This document shows positions 52,690 through 62,398 of a stretch of 64,000 bases of DNA, in pieces. The notes beneath the pieces were generated by a model. The model worked only from the letters and a program-made list of their open reading frames with translations. It searched no databases and was not told the DNA's origin. The DNA is taken from positions 64,001 through 128,000 of the forward strand of contig JBBRSP010000010.1 in NCBI GenBank assembly GCA_038245295.1. The letters are read 5' to 3'. How positions within the stretch are numbered: the first letter of the stretch is position 1; every line of letters starts with the position of its first letter. Source of the stretch: Candidatus Binatia bacterium. GTDB taxonomy: Bacteria; Desulfobacterota; Binatia; HRBIN30. The position numbers and the translations under genes are program-made.

Positions 52690-53917
52690 AAAATTGACAG
52701 CCGCGCAAACGGCAAAGCTCGCCGAGTATCGTGACGAATGGATTGCCATTGGCTTGAGTACAGCGCCGGCCGACCGTGAGAAATCGGAAGCGGCAATCGT
52801 TGCTGCGTATGCAATAGCAAAACTGCCGCCTCCGAAAATTGTATGGTGCGGGTCGCCTCTGTCTCAGGGGCTTACGCGGGCGATTATTCTCGACCAGAGC
52901 GTCGCAGCCTCGGTCAGGGCTTCAGTCAGGGATTCGGTCGGAGCTTCGGTCAGGGATTTGATCGGAGCTTCGGTCAGCAATCCAGTCATGGATTCGATCA
53001 CGGCTTCGGTGGGGGCATCGGTCAGGGATTCGGTCAGGGCCTCTGTCAATGAATCGATCTGCGATATGGTCTGGGATCCGGTTTGGGCTTCGGTCTGGGC
53101 TTCGGTCAGGGCCTCGGTCAGGGCTTCCGTGTGGGTCTCAGTCTGGAATTCGGTCGGGGATTCCGTTTGGCGTTCGGTCGGGGATTCGCTCGGGTATGAG
53201 CTCATGGATTCGATCGGCGATTCGGTGTGGGATGCGTGCTGGGATATAGGCACCGATTCGCTCAGCGAGTCGATCTCGGATTCGGTCAGCCAATCGGGGT
53301 ACGGTCAACACGATGCAGGCTGGCTCGCGCTCTGTGCGTATTTCCGTGATGTCGTTGGCCTCACGGAACAAGTCGCGCCGCTCGCCGGGTTGATCGAGCA
53401 GGCGAGGCATAGTGGCTGGTATCTGGCACACGAAAAGATCTGCTGGATATCGGAACGGCACAACCTACTCTGCCGGGACGAACGCGGAAGGCTGCACAAC
53501 CTATCCGGCCCGGCCGTCGCCTATCCTGATGGCTGGGCTATCTACGCTGTCCACGGTGTGCGCGTACCCGCCACAATTATCGAGCACCCGGAGCGAATCA
53601 CGGCGGACAAAATCCTCGCGCAACAAAACACCGAGGTTCAGCGCGTCATGCTCGAAGTGATGGGGCACGACCGATTCCTCAGCGACGCCGAGGCGAAGCC
53701 GATCAGTACGGACAGTGCAGGCGAATTATTCCGTATCGATCTGCCCTACGACGAAGAGTTGGTGTTGGTGCGTGTGGTCAACGCAACGGCAGAGCCGAAC
53801 GGCGAGTTCAAGCGATATATCTTGCGCGTACCACCAGAGATGCAGACGGCAAGAGAAGCCGTCGCATGGACGTTCGGCCTTACGTCGGACGAGTATTGTC
53901 CGCGGGTCGAGTCGTGA
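52676..53917 (+). CDS. DUF6745-domain protein with central SVxx tetrapeptide repeats
   Basis: STAPADR, GQHDAGWL, RLHNLSGPAVAYPDGWAIYAVHGV, NTEVQRVM, LRVPP...AVAWTFGL. Confidence 0.82.
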   Translation: MSKIEKLTAAQTAKLAEYRDEWIAIGLSTAPADREKSEAAIVAAYAIAKLPPPKIVWCGSPLSQGLTRAIILDQSVAASVRASVRDSVGASVRDLIGASVSNPVMDSITASVGASVRDSVRASVNESICDMVWDPVWASVWASVRASVRASVWVSVWNSVGDSVWRSVGDSLGYELMDSIGDSVWDACWDIGTDSLSESISDSVSQSGYGQHDAGWLALCAYFRDVVGLTEQVAPLAGLIEQARHSGWYLAHEKICWISERHNLLCRDERGRLHNLSGPAVAYPDGWAIYAVHGVRVPATIIEHPERITADKILAQQNTEVQRVMLEVMGHDRFLSDAEAKPISTDSAGELFRIDLPYDEELVLVRVVNATAEPNGEFKRYILRVPPEMQTAREAVAWTFGLTSDEYCPRVES

Positions 53918-54107
53918 TCGACGTCGGGGACGAGAGAGCATTGGCGGGTGCCCGGAAAGAGGACAGGGTCATGAACTCTGTTGGATACGCTTTGTGCGAT
54001 TTGGGCATCGTGGGCTCCTCTTCCCTCTAAAGGGATCAAGTGTCCACGGAACCGGGGGAACTCCAACAAGGCAATCAGAAGGGCAATCAAATTTCTCGAC
54101 AGCGCAC

Positions 54108-54404
54108 TCATCCAATAATCTTCGAACCCGGAAAAGCACGCTTTGCGGCCTGGACTGCCTCAGACATCTCGCGAGGCATGTTTCGCAGAAGGTTCAGTTC
54201 ATCGCGTGTGAACACCGCCAACCCAACCTTTGCGATGTCTGAGCGTTCACGCCGGAAGGCTTGCTGCCACCAGAGCAGCGTGGTCAGCGGAATCCTACGC
54301 TGCTCCCCGAACTTTCGCAGCGACAACCCACTTTGCTGCCACCGAGCCAAGAGACGCCGGACTCGCCGCGCTCGTGGCGATGTTGTCGATTCCGATGTGT
54401 CCAT
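54108..54404 (-). CDS. Small HTH protein with IS66 TnpA-like N-terminus
   Basis: WQQSGLSLRKF...IPLTTLLWW; no tnpB or tnpC nearby. Confidence 0.45.
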   Translation of the reverse strand: MDTSESTTSPRARRVRRLLARWQQSGLSLRKFGEQRRIPLTTLLWWQQAFRRERSDIAKVGLAVFTRDELNLLRNMPREMSEAVQAAKRAFPGSKIIG

Positions 54405-54582
54405 TTTGATCCGCCCCTGCGACCAATATACTGCTTCATGGACGGTCTGCTCGGCAAGAAAACTCTTCACACTTTGGTAGACCCCGGATGGCTCTCGATC
54501 GTTCATAGTACTGCGCGAGCTTCGGCGGGGTCGTAGGTAGAACTCTCTCAAGTCTCGCGCGAGTTGAAAGACTTCTCACTAC

Positions 54583-56117
54583 GAGTTTGTGAAAAAATCG
54601 GCTGCTTGCCCGAGAACTGTGCTATACACATCGTAACGCGATGAATGGTGTCGGGAGGTGAAGAGGATGGGTCAAAGCGGAGCACGGGTGGTCGAAGCGG
54701 ATCGTTGCCAACTGCAGCTGCGCCCTTTTGATCTGGACTCAACCATTCCCCAAGACCACAAGGCGCGACTACTGTGGCGGGCAGTCGAGGCGTTGGACCT
54801 GGCGGCATTTTACGACCGCATCAAGGCGCGGGTGGGCGTTGCCGGTCGACCTCGGGGGATCCGAAGGTGTTCGTAACCTTGTGGCTGTATGCAACAATGG
54901 ATTGCGTAGGCACGGCGCGTGAGGTGGAACGATTGTGCAAGGATCACCGTGCCTACCGTTGGATCTGCGGTGGAGTCCCGGTGAACTACCATACCCTGAG
55001 CGACTTCCGCGTCGATCACGGCACCGCGCTCGACGAATTGATGACACAGGTCCTCGGCGTATTGATGGAAGGCAAGCTGATCACGCTGCAACGGGTAGCC
55101 CAGGACGGCTTGCGCGTACGGGCCAGCGCTGGCTCGGGATCGTTCCGGCGCAAGAAGAAGCTCAAGCAGTATCTAAAGGAGGCGCGTGCGCACGTCGAAG
55201 CCGTCAAGAAGCAAGCTGATGATCCGGCCGTAAACGCACGCGTTCAAGCCGCACGCATGCGTGCGGCACGAGAGCGCGAGAATCGCGTCAAGGCAGCGCT
55301 GGGGGCGCTCAAGGAAGTCGAAGAGAAACGGCGAACCGAGTACACGGGTGGACGTAAGCCAAAGGGCGAGCCGCGCGGCTCGATGACGGACCCGGAGGCA
55401 CGCAAGATGCGTATGGCCAACGGGGGCTTCTCGCCCGGATACAACGTGCAGTTCGCCACCGATGCGGCCAACGGCGTGATTGTCGGAGTCAGCGTCACGA
55501 ATAGTGGAAGCGACAGTGGGCAAGCACCGCCGATGATCGAGCAGATCGAGAAGCGTGCGGGCAGCAAGCCCGGCGCGTACCTGGTCGATGCTGCATATAC
55601 GGACAAGAAGAGCGTGGATAAGCTCGCTGAGATGGATGTCACTCTCTACGGCTCGGTCGTGGAACGTTGGGGCAAGGACCCGTTCAAGCCGCAAATGACC
55701 GACTCGCTTGCAGTCAGCGCGTTGCGCAAACGGACGGGCAGCCCGGAAGGCAAAGAGATCTACAAGGAGCGTTCGCAACTCAGCGAGCGAGTCAACGCCG
55801 ACGTCAGGACGTATCGGACAATGGACCGCATGCTGGTGCGCGGCACCGCTAAGGTACTGTGCATCGCACTATGGAACGCGTTGGCGTTCAATCTGATGCG
55901 ATGGTTCGCGCTGGCATCGATCAGTTGAGGCCTTCAGGCCCGGAGAGTGACCTCTCAGGGGTCACTCGAGAATCCATCAAGGGTCGCTACGGATGCGGCC
56001 AGGCGATTCGCGCGCTACGCTCATAGTGCACAAACATTTCGGGCTTGGGCTTTCAAATAGGCGGCTCAGGGGCCGCGTTCACCAGAGCCAGGGAAAACGC
56101 GATTCTTTCACAAGCTT
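54583..56117 (+). mobile_element. IS1182-family insertion sequence
   Basis: Imperfect terminal IRs GAGTTTGTGAAAAAATCG and CGATTCTTTCACAAGCTT enclosing the transposase. Confidence 0.8.
54667..55928 (+). pseudogene. IS1182 transposase with a one-base frameshift near 54853
   Basis: LDSTIPQDHKAR..GRP in one frame; DPKVFVTLWLY, AQDG..RASA, TDPEAR, YNVQ, VDAAY in another. Confidence 0.85.
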
Positions 56118-56141
56118 TACGACCCCTTCCGAGTCGGTATG

Positions 56142-58283
56142 TTAGAACACCAGGAGAGCTGAGTAGTGCTCACGGAACTCCTTCAGGTTGCGAGTTCGGG
56201 AAGCACCGTCTTCGCCCGTCATGGTCACGGTCAACCCGGTAACCACGGTTGGCGCCCAACGTTCGGCGGGTTCTTCGAAGATGAACCCTTGCTGTTCAAC
56301 AAACTGGATACCCGCGTACCTTGCGCTTGCGGGTTCCGCCGTCCCGTCGGACTTGTTGATGCGCTGCCACGTTTCTTTTGCTGCGTTCGACGAAGTGTTG
56401 ACCCATGCTTCCCCCAACTCAACGCGCTCGGCTTCCCCGTTCGCTTTCACCGCCACTGCGCTTGGCGCAAGGCGCGCCCGCCCAACATCGAGAATGCCAC
56501 CGCAAGTTAGCTTGGAGACCACGGGAAGCGCCACTTTCGATGCAAGCAAGAGGCGTCTCCGCACTTCTCTGGCTTCGAGGGGAGCGCCGTCGTCTTGCTC
56601 CCACAACGCTCTCAGAACAAACATGTCCGTCGCATAAGCAGGAGTGGCGTAACTGGTTCCCCAGTCGCTGGGCGTTATGCAATCCCCAGGTTTGCCCCAC
56701 CCGATCCCCCGGGCCCCACACGTAACGCCGTCGCCCTTCTCGGAAGACATCGTCAGAATGTTGGCCTGCGCGTCTATGCCTGCGATGAGAAGCACACCAT
56801 AATTATGTCGATTTTCCCAATACGACTTTAGTGGCTCGAGCTCTGAGATTTTTTCGATGTAACTATTCTGAACGTTTAGAACCCCCGAGACTAGACAAAC
56901 CTTACTATTGCTTCCGTACGTACGAGGCAGCAATCGAAATGGCTCGATAGCGGTCACAAACTGGGATGAGATCACCGAGACGCTGGTGTCGGTGACATAC
57001 TGCGACAGCAAGGCCTGCAGATAGAGGACCGGAACGTCGAACTCCCCTTTGCTTTTCGCAATTTTGGTGATTGCATCCAGCATGCTGTTCACTATCACCT
57101 TTGAACCGATCGGCATTTCCCTGGAAAGGTAATTGCCGAGAAGTAGTAAATTCGCCGCTCGGTTCTTGGAGAAGTCTAGGTCAACGAGGACGACGTTGCT
57201 CTGCAGTTGGGGGGCTCCCAACTCTTCAAGCCGCAGTCTTATGACATCCTGAACCTTTTCGCCGTGACCGCAGGCTGATCCGCCAGGTTGCTGGAAGAAA
57301 TCAAGAACCACATACTTTGACGCAGCCGCCCCCTTAAGCGACGCGGCCGCGTTGCGGAAGCGTGTCGCAACCGTCGCGACCTCGGCGTCGCCGGGCTCGA
57401 CATTTGCCCCGGGGAGTTGCAGAGGTTCGAGGGGAGCCCATACGTCCGCGCCAGGGCCATCGTACAACAGTTTCGCTTTGACTGTCTCTGGAAGCATCTC
57501 AAGGAAGCGTATGCTCTCTGCTTCAGATGGATTGAGGTGCCAGATAGCTGCCCTCGCAAGGTCAGCGGTGGCTGCCCGAGGGGTAGTACTCACATTGGAT
57601 ATCTGTGGAGTCGCGGTCACTTCTTGACGAGGAGCGGGTGGTGTCCCTTCTGGCGTCAGAGAGGTTGTGGCCGCGGGCAAGATTACATCTGCGCTACCTT
57701 CTTGGGGGGGGGTGCTTGGGGTTGGGGTTGGATAGGTCGCTCGTCGGGTGGCCGTTTCCGTCACTTCCGGTTGAGTTGCTTTCGCACCCACACCTTCGGA
57801 AAGTTCACCAACCCCCGCAAACGCTTCTGTGGCGGAATTGAAATCGATGGTTCCGGGACCGGAGAACGACTGGACAAATCGAGGATCCGCCCCGCGAGAG
57901 AGAGGTCGCACGGGAAGAACCGGCACCCTCAGACTTTGGCCTGTCCTAATGAAAGCTGGGTCTTTGATGTTGTTCGCTTCGGCGATGATATCGACAATTG
58001 CGCGCGACTCGCGCGGGCTATGTCCATCGGTATACCGGTACTCGTCTTGAGCGATACCGAAAAGGTTCTGGCCCGACTGGATCCGGATCTCTTTCCACTG
58101 CTCAGGAGGCGAAAGCTCGGCGATCGCACGCAGGACGGCGGCTCGTTCTGCAGCGTCAAGGGCCGACGGATCGATCATAATGGTGTGTCCATATGGCTGA
58201 GCATACAAGCAAATCGGTGCCGAAATTACGGTGACGGCGAGCCAACTTACAAGCCGAACCCTAACGCATCCTCCCGCGAGCAT
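56142..58283 (-). CDS. Exported LysM-domain S8 (subtilisin-like) serine protease
   Basis: Signal peptide; LysM-like IQSGQNLFGIA...ANNIKDPAFIRTGQSLRVP; triad VVLDF, CGHGEKV, GTSYATP. Confidence 0.75.
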   Translation of the reverse strand: MLAGGCVRVRLVSWLAVTVISAPICLYAQPYGHTIMIDPSALDAAERAAVLRAIAELSPPEQWKEIRIQSGQNLFGIAQDEYRYTDGHSPRESRAIVDIIAEANNIKDPAFIRTGQSLRVPVLPVRPLSRGADPRFVQSFSGPGTIDFNSATEAFAGVGELSEGVGAKATQPEVTETATRRATYPTPTPSTPPQEGSADVILPAATTSLTPEGTPPAPRQEVTATPQISNVSTTPRAATADLARAAIWHLNPSEAESIRFLEMLPETVKAKLLYDGPGADVWAPLEPLQLPGANVEPGDAEVATVATRFRNAAASLKGAAASKYVVLDFFQQPGGSACGHGEKVQDVIRLRLEELGAPQLQSNVVLVDLDFSKNRAANLLLLGNYLSREMPIGSKVIVNSMLDAITKIAKSKGEFDVPVLYLQALLSQYVTDTSVSVISSQFVTAIEPFRLLPRTYGSNSKVCLVSGVLNVQNSYIEKISELEPLKSYWENRHNYGVLLIAGIDAQANILTMSSEKGDGVTCGARGIGWGKPGDCITPSDWGTSYATPAYATDMFVLRALWEQDDGAPLEAREVRRRLLLASKVALPVVSKLTCGGILDVGRARLAPSAVAVKANGEAERVELGEAWVNTSSNAAKETWQRINKSDGTAEPASARYAGIQFVEQQGFIFEEPAERWAPTVVTGLTVTMTGEDGASRTRNLKEFREHYSALLVF

Positions 58284-58317
58284 GGGAAACGCTCGACGCT
58301 CGATGGCGGACTGTCCT

Positions 58318-59190
58318 TTAGGGACTCGTTAATCCAACAGCCTTTAAGACTACAGATTTCCCGTCCGAGCCTCCAGCAGCGCCCAATACGGATCCACTTG
58401 GCTGACGGCGAGCCAGTGTGGCGAGGATGATCGGTCTGTCTATCGAAACCTTGTACTCGCCAGATCCATCCCCCTTGATACTGAACTTGAAGGACGAATC
58501 CTTCGCAACAAATTGTGCGATCTTGGTCGAGTCATCGAGCTTGACTGAGAGAGCGGCATTCTGCGTCTTGTCGACCTTGATGCTGACTTCCATTGAACTC
58601 GCAACCACATCCGCAACGACGTAAACCAGGGATCCATTGAGGTAGGCAGTTCTCAAACGGCTAGGTGGAGGTAACTTTTCAAGTACACTCTGGTATTTGT
58701 CTCTGTATAACCTACGATCCGTTACCGGCCCGATTCTCAGCGATGTCGTGATTCCCTTGGTCTTCTTGAAGTCAGCGTCGATGTTGAGAGCTGCAGCCAC
58801 TTTCGGCAAGATTAGAGAAGCCTCGATTTCTGATTTTTCCGACTCGCTCAGCGTTATAGGAGCACCTGTTCCGGTCGCCGCGAATCCTCCAACACCGAGG
58901 CGCTTCTGTGGATCATCCGGCAGTTGCAAGCCAAGACATTTGAAAGTGTCGCACTCAAAATTCGAAGCACTCGGATCTTCACCAGGTGCGTCCGGAATAT
59001 AGGTCGTGGCAACTCCGTAGTTGTCCGTGGGGTACGATGCCCACTGATAGCCCTTGAAGTCGTCGCCAAGAGCGGCCTTTACCTTACTCTGCATCAATTT
59101 TGTGTAGTTCACTTGACAGCATCCTGAGATGCCAAGGAGCAGCAAGAAAAAGACTATTGCTCCATTTTGCCTTGAACTTGGTACGTTCAT
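58318..59190 (-). CDS. Gasdermin-like protein with lipoprotein signal peptide
   Basis: Lipobox ISG-C24; KGY..YPTDN; alternating beta-hairpin segments; VYVVADVVASSMEVSI; GEYKVSIDRPIILA; short C-terminal tail. Recognised by eye. Confidence 0.65.
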   Translation of the reverse strand: MNVPSSRQNGAIVFFLLLLGISGCCQVNYTKLMQSKVKAALGDDFKGYQWASYPTDNYGVATTYIPDAPGEDPSASNFECDTFKCLGLQLPDDPQKRLGVGGFAATGTGAPITLSESEKSEIEASLILPKVAAALNIDADFKKTKGITTSLRIGPVTDRRLYRDKYQSVLEKLPPPSRLRTAYLNGSLVYVVADVVASSMEVSIKVDKTQNAALSVKLDDSTKIAQFVAKDSSFKFSIKGDGSGEYKVSIDRPIILATLARRQPSGSVLGAAGGSDGKSVVLKAVGLTSP

Positions 59191-59444
59191 CGATGATCCC
59201 CCTTCGCCCGAGCACTTGCCTTAGCCCCTTTGGGTTGTCAATCAGGGTCTTCCGGATTTAGTGTGGGTATAGATCGAGACCGCCGCAGTGAAAAAGGATG
59301 GCCGTCCTGAAGTTTGCGAAGTTGCGAAAGCCTCGTGCGCGAGATTTGATCGTCTGAATTGTGTTGGTGGTTGAGCCGAAGCGCGCGAATCTGGTGCAGT
59401 CGGCGCGAGGCGAATTGCGGGTGACGGTTTGAGTGTCACGTGAA

Positions 59445-59903
59445 TCAGCGCCGTGGTGGTGCGCGGGGGTCGAGAGATCGACGCACCAAGGCGCGAATGG
59501 TGGCGGGGTCGTGATCTTCGCAGGTGTCGCGGCTGAGTGGCGTCGGGTTCTCGAAGCGCGGTTTGTCGGGAAGCGACAGGACCTGAAAGCGCGTACCGTC
59601 GAAGGCGATGAGATCCTTGTCGATCAGCGCGTTTCGGGCTCGCAGGTAGCTCTCCATCGGCAGCTCCAGCAAGGAGCAAATCGAATCGTAGTGGTAGAAG
59701 CTCAGGCCGTTTCTGTCGGCGGCGAGGACTAGCAGCACGTAGAGACGCAGCTCGTCTGGGGCGAGCGATGCAAAGAAGCCTTGGCGCAGAAACCGGTGCG
59801 GTACAAAGGCAAAGCTCTGGCCGCCGATCGAGCGTAGGCGCGCGGCCAGGATGGGGGCACGGTGCATGACCGTGCGGCGTGGCTGGTGATGAGGCTCGAT
59901 CAT
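59445..59903 (-). CDS. HTH-like accessory protein of the IS21-like element
   Basis: FAFVPHRFL...[21 protein letters not shown] overlap with istB. Confidence 0.65.
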   Translation of the reverse strand: MIEPHHQPRRTVMHRAPILAARLRSIGGQSFAFVPHRFLRQGFFASLAPDELRLYVLLVLAADRNGLSFYHYDSICSLLELPMESYLRARNALIDKDLIAFDGTRFQVLSLPDKPRFENPTPLSRDTCEDHDPATIRALVRRSLDPRAPPRR

Positions 59904-60640
59904 GGTTGGCCAGGCTTGCGCTGTTTGCGCTGCTGCGCCTTTTGCGCGGCGCGTTCCTTGGCCTCTTTGAGACTGTAGCTGTCGGCTTCGATGCTGAGGA
60001 TCTCGGCCTTGTGCACCAGTCGGTCGATGATGGTGACCACCGATGTGGCGTTGGGGAAGACCTGGTTCCAATCCGAGAAGGGTTTGTTGGTAGTGACCAC
60101 CGTGGGGCGCTGAAGGTAGCGGCGCGTGACCACTTCAAAGAGTAGGTCGGCGTAACGCGCGTCGTAGGCCAGGTAGCCTATCTCATCAACGACCAGGAGT
60201 GTTGGACGACAATAGTGGCGCAGGCGGCGGTTGAGGGCAGCCGTCGAGTCCTGGACGGCCAAGTCGTTGAGCATGGCGCTGGCGGTGGTGAAACGAGCCG
60301 TATAGCCGGCAAGCAGAGCCAGATAGGCCAGGTTCTTGGCGATGGTGGTCTTGCCGGAGCTGTTCGGACCGATGATCACGACGTTGGCGCTCTCGGTCAC
60401 GAACTCCAGGCGGAAGAGCTCATCGAGGGCCGCGCGGTCGATCTTTTTGGGCCACTGCCAGTCGAAGTCACACAGGGGCTTGAAGGGTCCAAGGCGAGCC
60501 GCGCGCAGGCGGCGCTCCAGCGATCGGCGCTGGCGCTCGGCCCGTTCATACTCGATGACGCCAGGCAGCCAATCGAGATGGCGTACTTCCTCCCAGTTGG
60601 CGAGCAGACCAAACAGGCCGAGGCGGCGCAGGGCGGCGCG
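59900..60640 (-). pseudogene. istB: IstB ATPase lacking its start codon
   Basis: LERRLRAARL, DFDWQWPK, GPNSSGKT, LLVVDEIGY, TTNKPF, IIDRLVH; no in-frame ATG upstream. Confidence 0.85.
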
Positions 60641-60683
60641 GCCTGTGTTGTTGTCGTTGTCGTTGTCGTTCTCAAGGGCCCTT

Positions 60684-61056
60684 GAAAAGGGGATAAGTCC
60701 GATCTCCTCCGCGCATGCCTACATCGGAATCGCACGTCTGGTGGGCCCTACTGGCAGAAACAGACGGCAAGCGACCTCCACATCGAGTCGACCCTATGTC
60801 AGTTTCGCCGAACCCGGCGTGGTCAGTTTGGCCGATCTCGCTACGGTCAGTTTCGGTGAACTCACCCCGGTCAGATAGCCCGGGCTGTTACACCCTACGA
60901 CCACGCGGCCGCCCGCGCGCGGCCTGACACCACTAATCGGGGACGTGCCGAGACGGTCTGCCGAAATTGGACGTATCCCCTTTTCCACCTATGACCTTCG
61001 ATCGATGGCCGCGGCGCGCGGCGGGCATTGCGGAATGGGGTCATCCCCTTTTCCCA
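60684..61056. repeat. AAAAGGGGAT-type inverted repeats with internal GTCAGTTT repeats (MITE or IS-end debris)
   Basis: GAAAAGGGGATAAGTCCGA (60684) is inverted relative to TTGGACGTATCCCCTTTTC (60967); GGGGTCATCCCCTTTTC at ~61037; GTCAG repeats about 23 bp apart at 60798-60875. Confidence 0.6.
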
Positions 61057-61113
61057 GCCCATTCGGATCTCCTTCAACGACCCGCCAGGTTCCACTACCC
61101 CTAGCAACGAACG

Positions 61114-61728
61114 TCAGAGTGCGATCTCTCTCTCGGGGCTAAATGACCGTCCCGAGCATCTCTCGGTCGCCACTTCCGAACTTATCTCAAAGAACTCTTC
61201 CGCTGAAAGATGGTTCTGCTTCATTCCAAGTCTCGTGGCGATCGACTTCCCGACTGCCGAATATCCCCAGGCGGACACGAGCCGAAAGTGTCGCTGCGTC
61301 GTCAGTAATTTGCAGGCATAGTCCAAGGCGTCTCGGACGATCAGGCGCCCTAAGTGCGTCCCCTTGGAAATGCCAATTTCCGGCACGTAGAGGACCGCCG
61401 CCTCTGGATCATCAAATCGAGCAATGTCGGCCCCCGTCAAGTTGCGCTCCGGGGTTTCTCCGCTGGTCATTCGCTTGTACGTTGCGGCGGTCAGCGGCCA
61501 AAATGTGTAGAACCCTGCGACCTGCTTCGTCGCGTCAGCAAACGTCAGCTCGACAATTCGCACGTACCCACCGCGCGCGAGCAACTCCGCATACACCGAG
61601 TCGTCAACGGAGAGTTCTGTTGGAAACCACTCCCGATAGACCGCCTCAGTAGCCCCGAAATCAGCAACGCCGGCAAACCTAAGAGTGGCGTTGAGTGCGC
61701 GCGCCATTTGAGTGCAGGTGTCAGTCAC
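61114..61728 (-). CDS. GNAT-fold acetyltransferase-like protein
   Basis: VAGFYTFWPL, LYVPEIGI...LGRLIV, AWGYSAVGKSIATRLGM. Confidence 0.55.
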   Translation of the reverse strand: MTDTCTQMARALNATLRFAGVADFGATEAVYREWFPTELSVDDSVYAELLARGGYVRIVELTFADATKQVAGFYTFWPLTAATYKRMTSGETPERNLTGADIARFDDPEAAVLYVPEIGISKGTHLGRLIVRDALDYACKLLTTQRHFRLVSAWGYSAVGKSIATRLGMKQNHLSAEEFFEISSEVATERCSGRSFSPEREIAL

Positions 61729-62311
61729 GGGTTGCCCCAGTTGTCATTTTGGAAGCCGCGTAAGGATAGGTCCAGTTGAACTTCCGCGCGGCACATTCGA
61801 TGAAGTGCACAACTTTGCTGTCAAGGCTGTCGATATGCTGAGCAAATCTATTGGAACAGAAGAACTTCTGGTGGCGCCTCACGTCGTCGAGAAATGCAGC
61901 CGACCACTCGCGATCATCCGGGAAGAGCGTCATGACCCGTTCGATGGTGAGCAGCATGCACATGACGTAGAATTCGTATTGCGTATATTCCTCGGGCGTT
62001 GAGGCGGCGTGATCGAATCCATTCGCCAGCCTTGGATACTCCAACGAGACGTGATGATACTTTTCGTAGGCGTTTATTGCCTCCGTTTCGCGTGCAACCC
62101 GTATCTGCTTGCCTGCTACAAACAAGGCTATCACCGCTGCGATTAGAAGACCAAAGTTGGCTAGGATCGACGCAGAGTTCATTACGGATGAAAGTCCACC
62201 ACTGACCGCTTGGTCCACGGGTGCCGTTGCCGCTTGCGAATATGCGGTGCTTGCTGAAACCAGCAGAAAGGTCACGAGACCGACGGAACCTATACTGTGG
62301 ATGGGCCGCAT
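61721..62311 (-). CDS. Hypothetical membrane protein
   Basis: N-terminal signal-like helix, a TM helix, then a helical soluble domain; AAAGGGAA RBS. Confidence 0.65.
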   Translation of the reverse strand: MRPIHSIGSVGLVTFLLVSASTAYSQAATAPVDQAVSGGLSSVMNSASILANFGLLIAAVIALFVAGKQIRVARETEAINAYEKYHHVSLEYPRLANGFDHAASTPEEYTQYEFYVMCMLLTIERVMTLFPDDREWSAAFLDDVRRHQKFFCSNRFAQHIDSLDSKVVHFIECAARKFNWTYPYAASKMTTGATRD

Positions 62312-62398
62312 GTTGTTCCCTTTCGTTCGGCTTGGGCTGTGGCGTGCGTTGCGAGGTCAAGAATGCTAGCTGCTTAGCGCCCTTCGTTCGACCCCCTG

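Larger units (their letters stand above)
59236..60680 (-). mobile_element. Truncated IS21-family element (right part)
   Basis: End TGTCAATC at 59236; istB plus a downstream HTH ORF; istA missing. Confidence 0.75.

Noticed and set aside
52897..53290. 12-nt repeats as a CRISPR or non-coding array
   Set aside because: In-frame tetrapeptide repeat inside the DUF6745 CDS
54845..54865. Programmed frameshift in the IS1182 transposase
   Set aside because: No canonical slippery heptamer, and IS1182 transposases are normally single ORFs; more likely a one-base deletion or sequencing error
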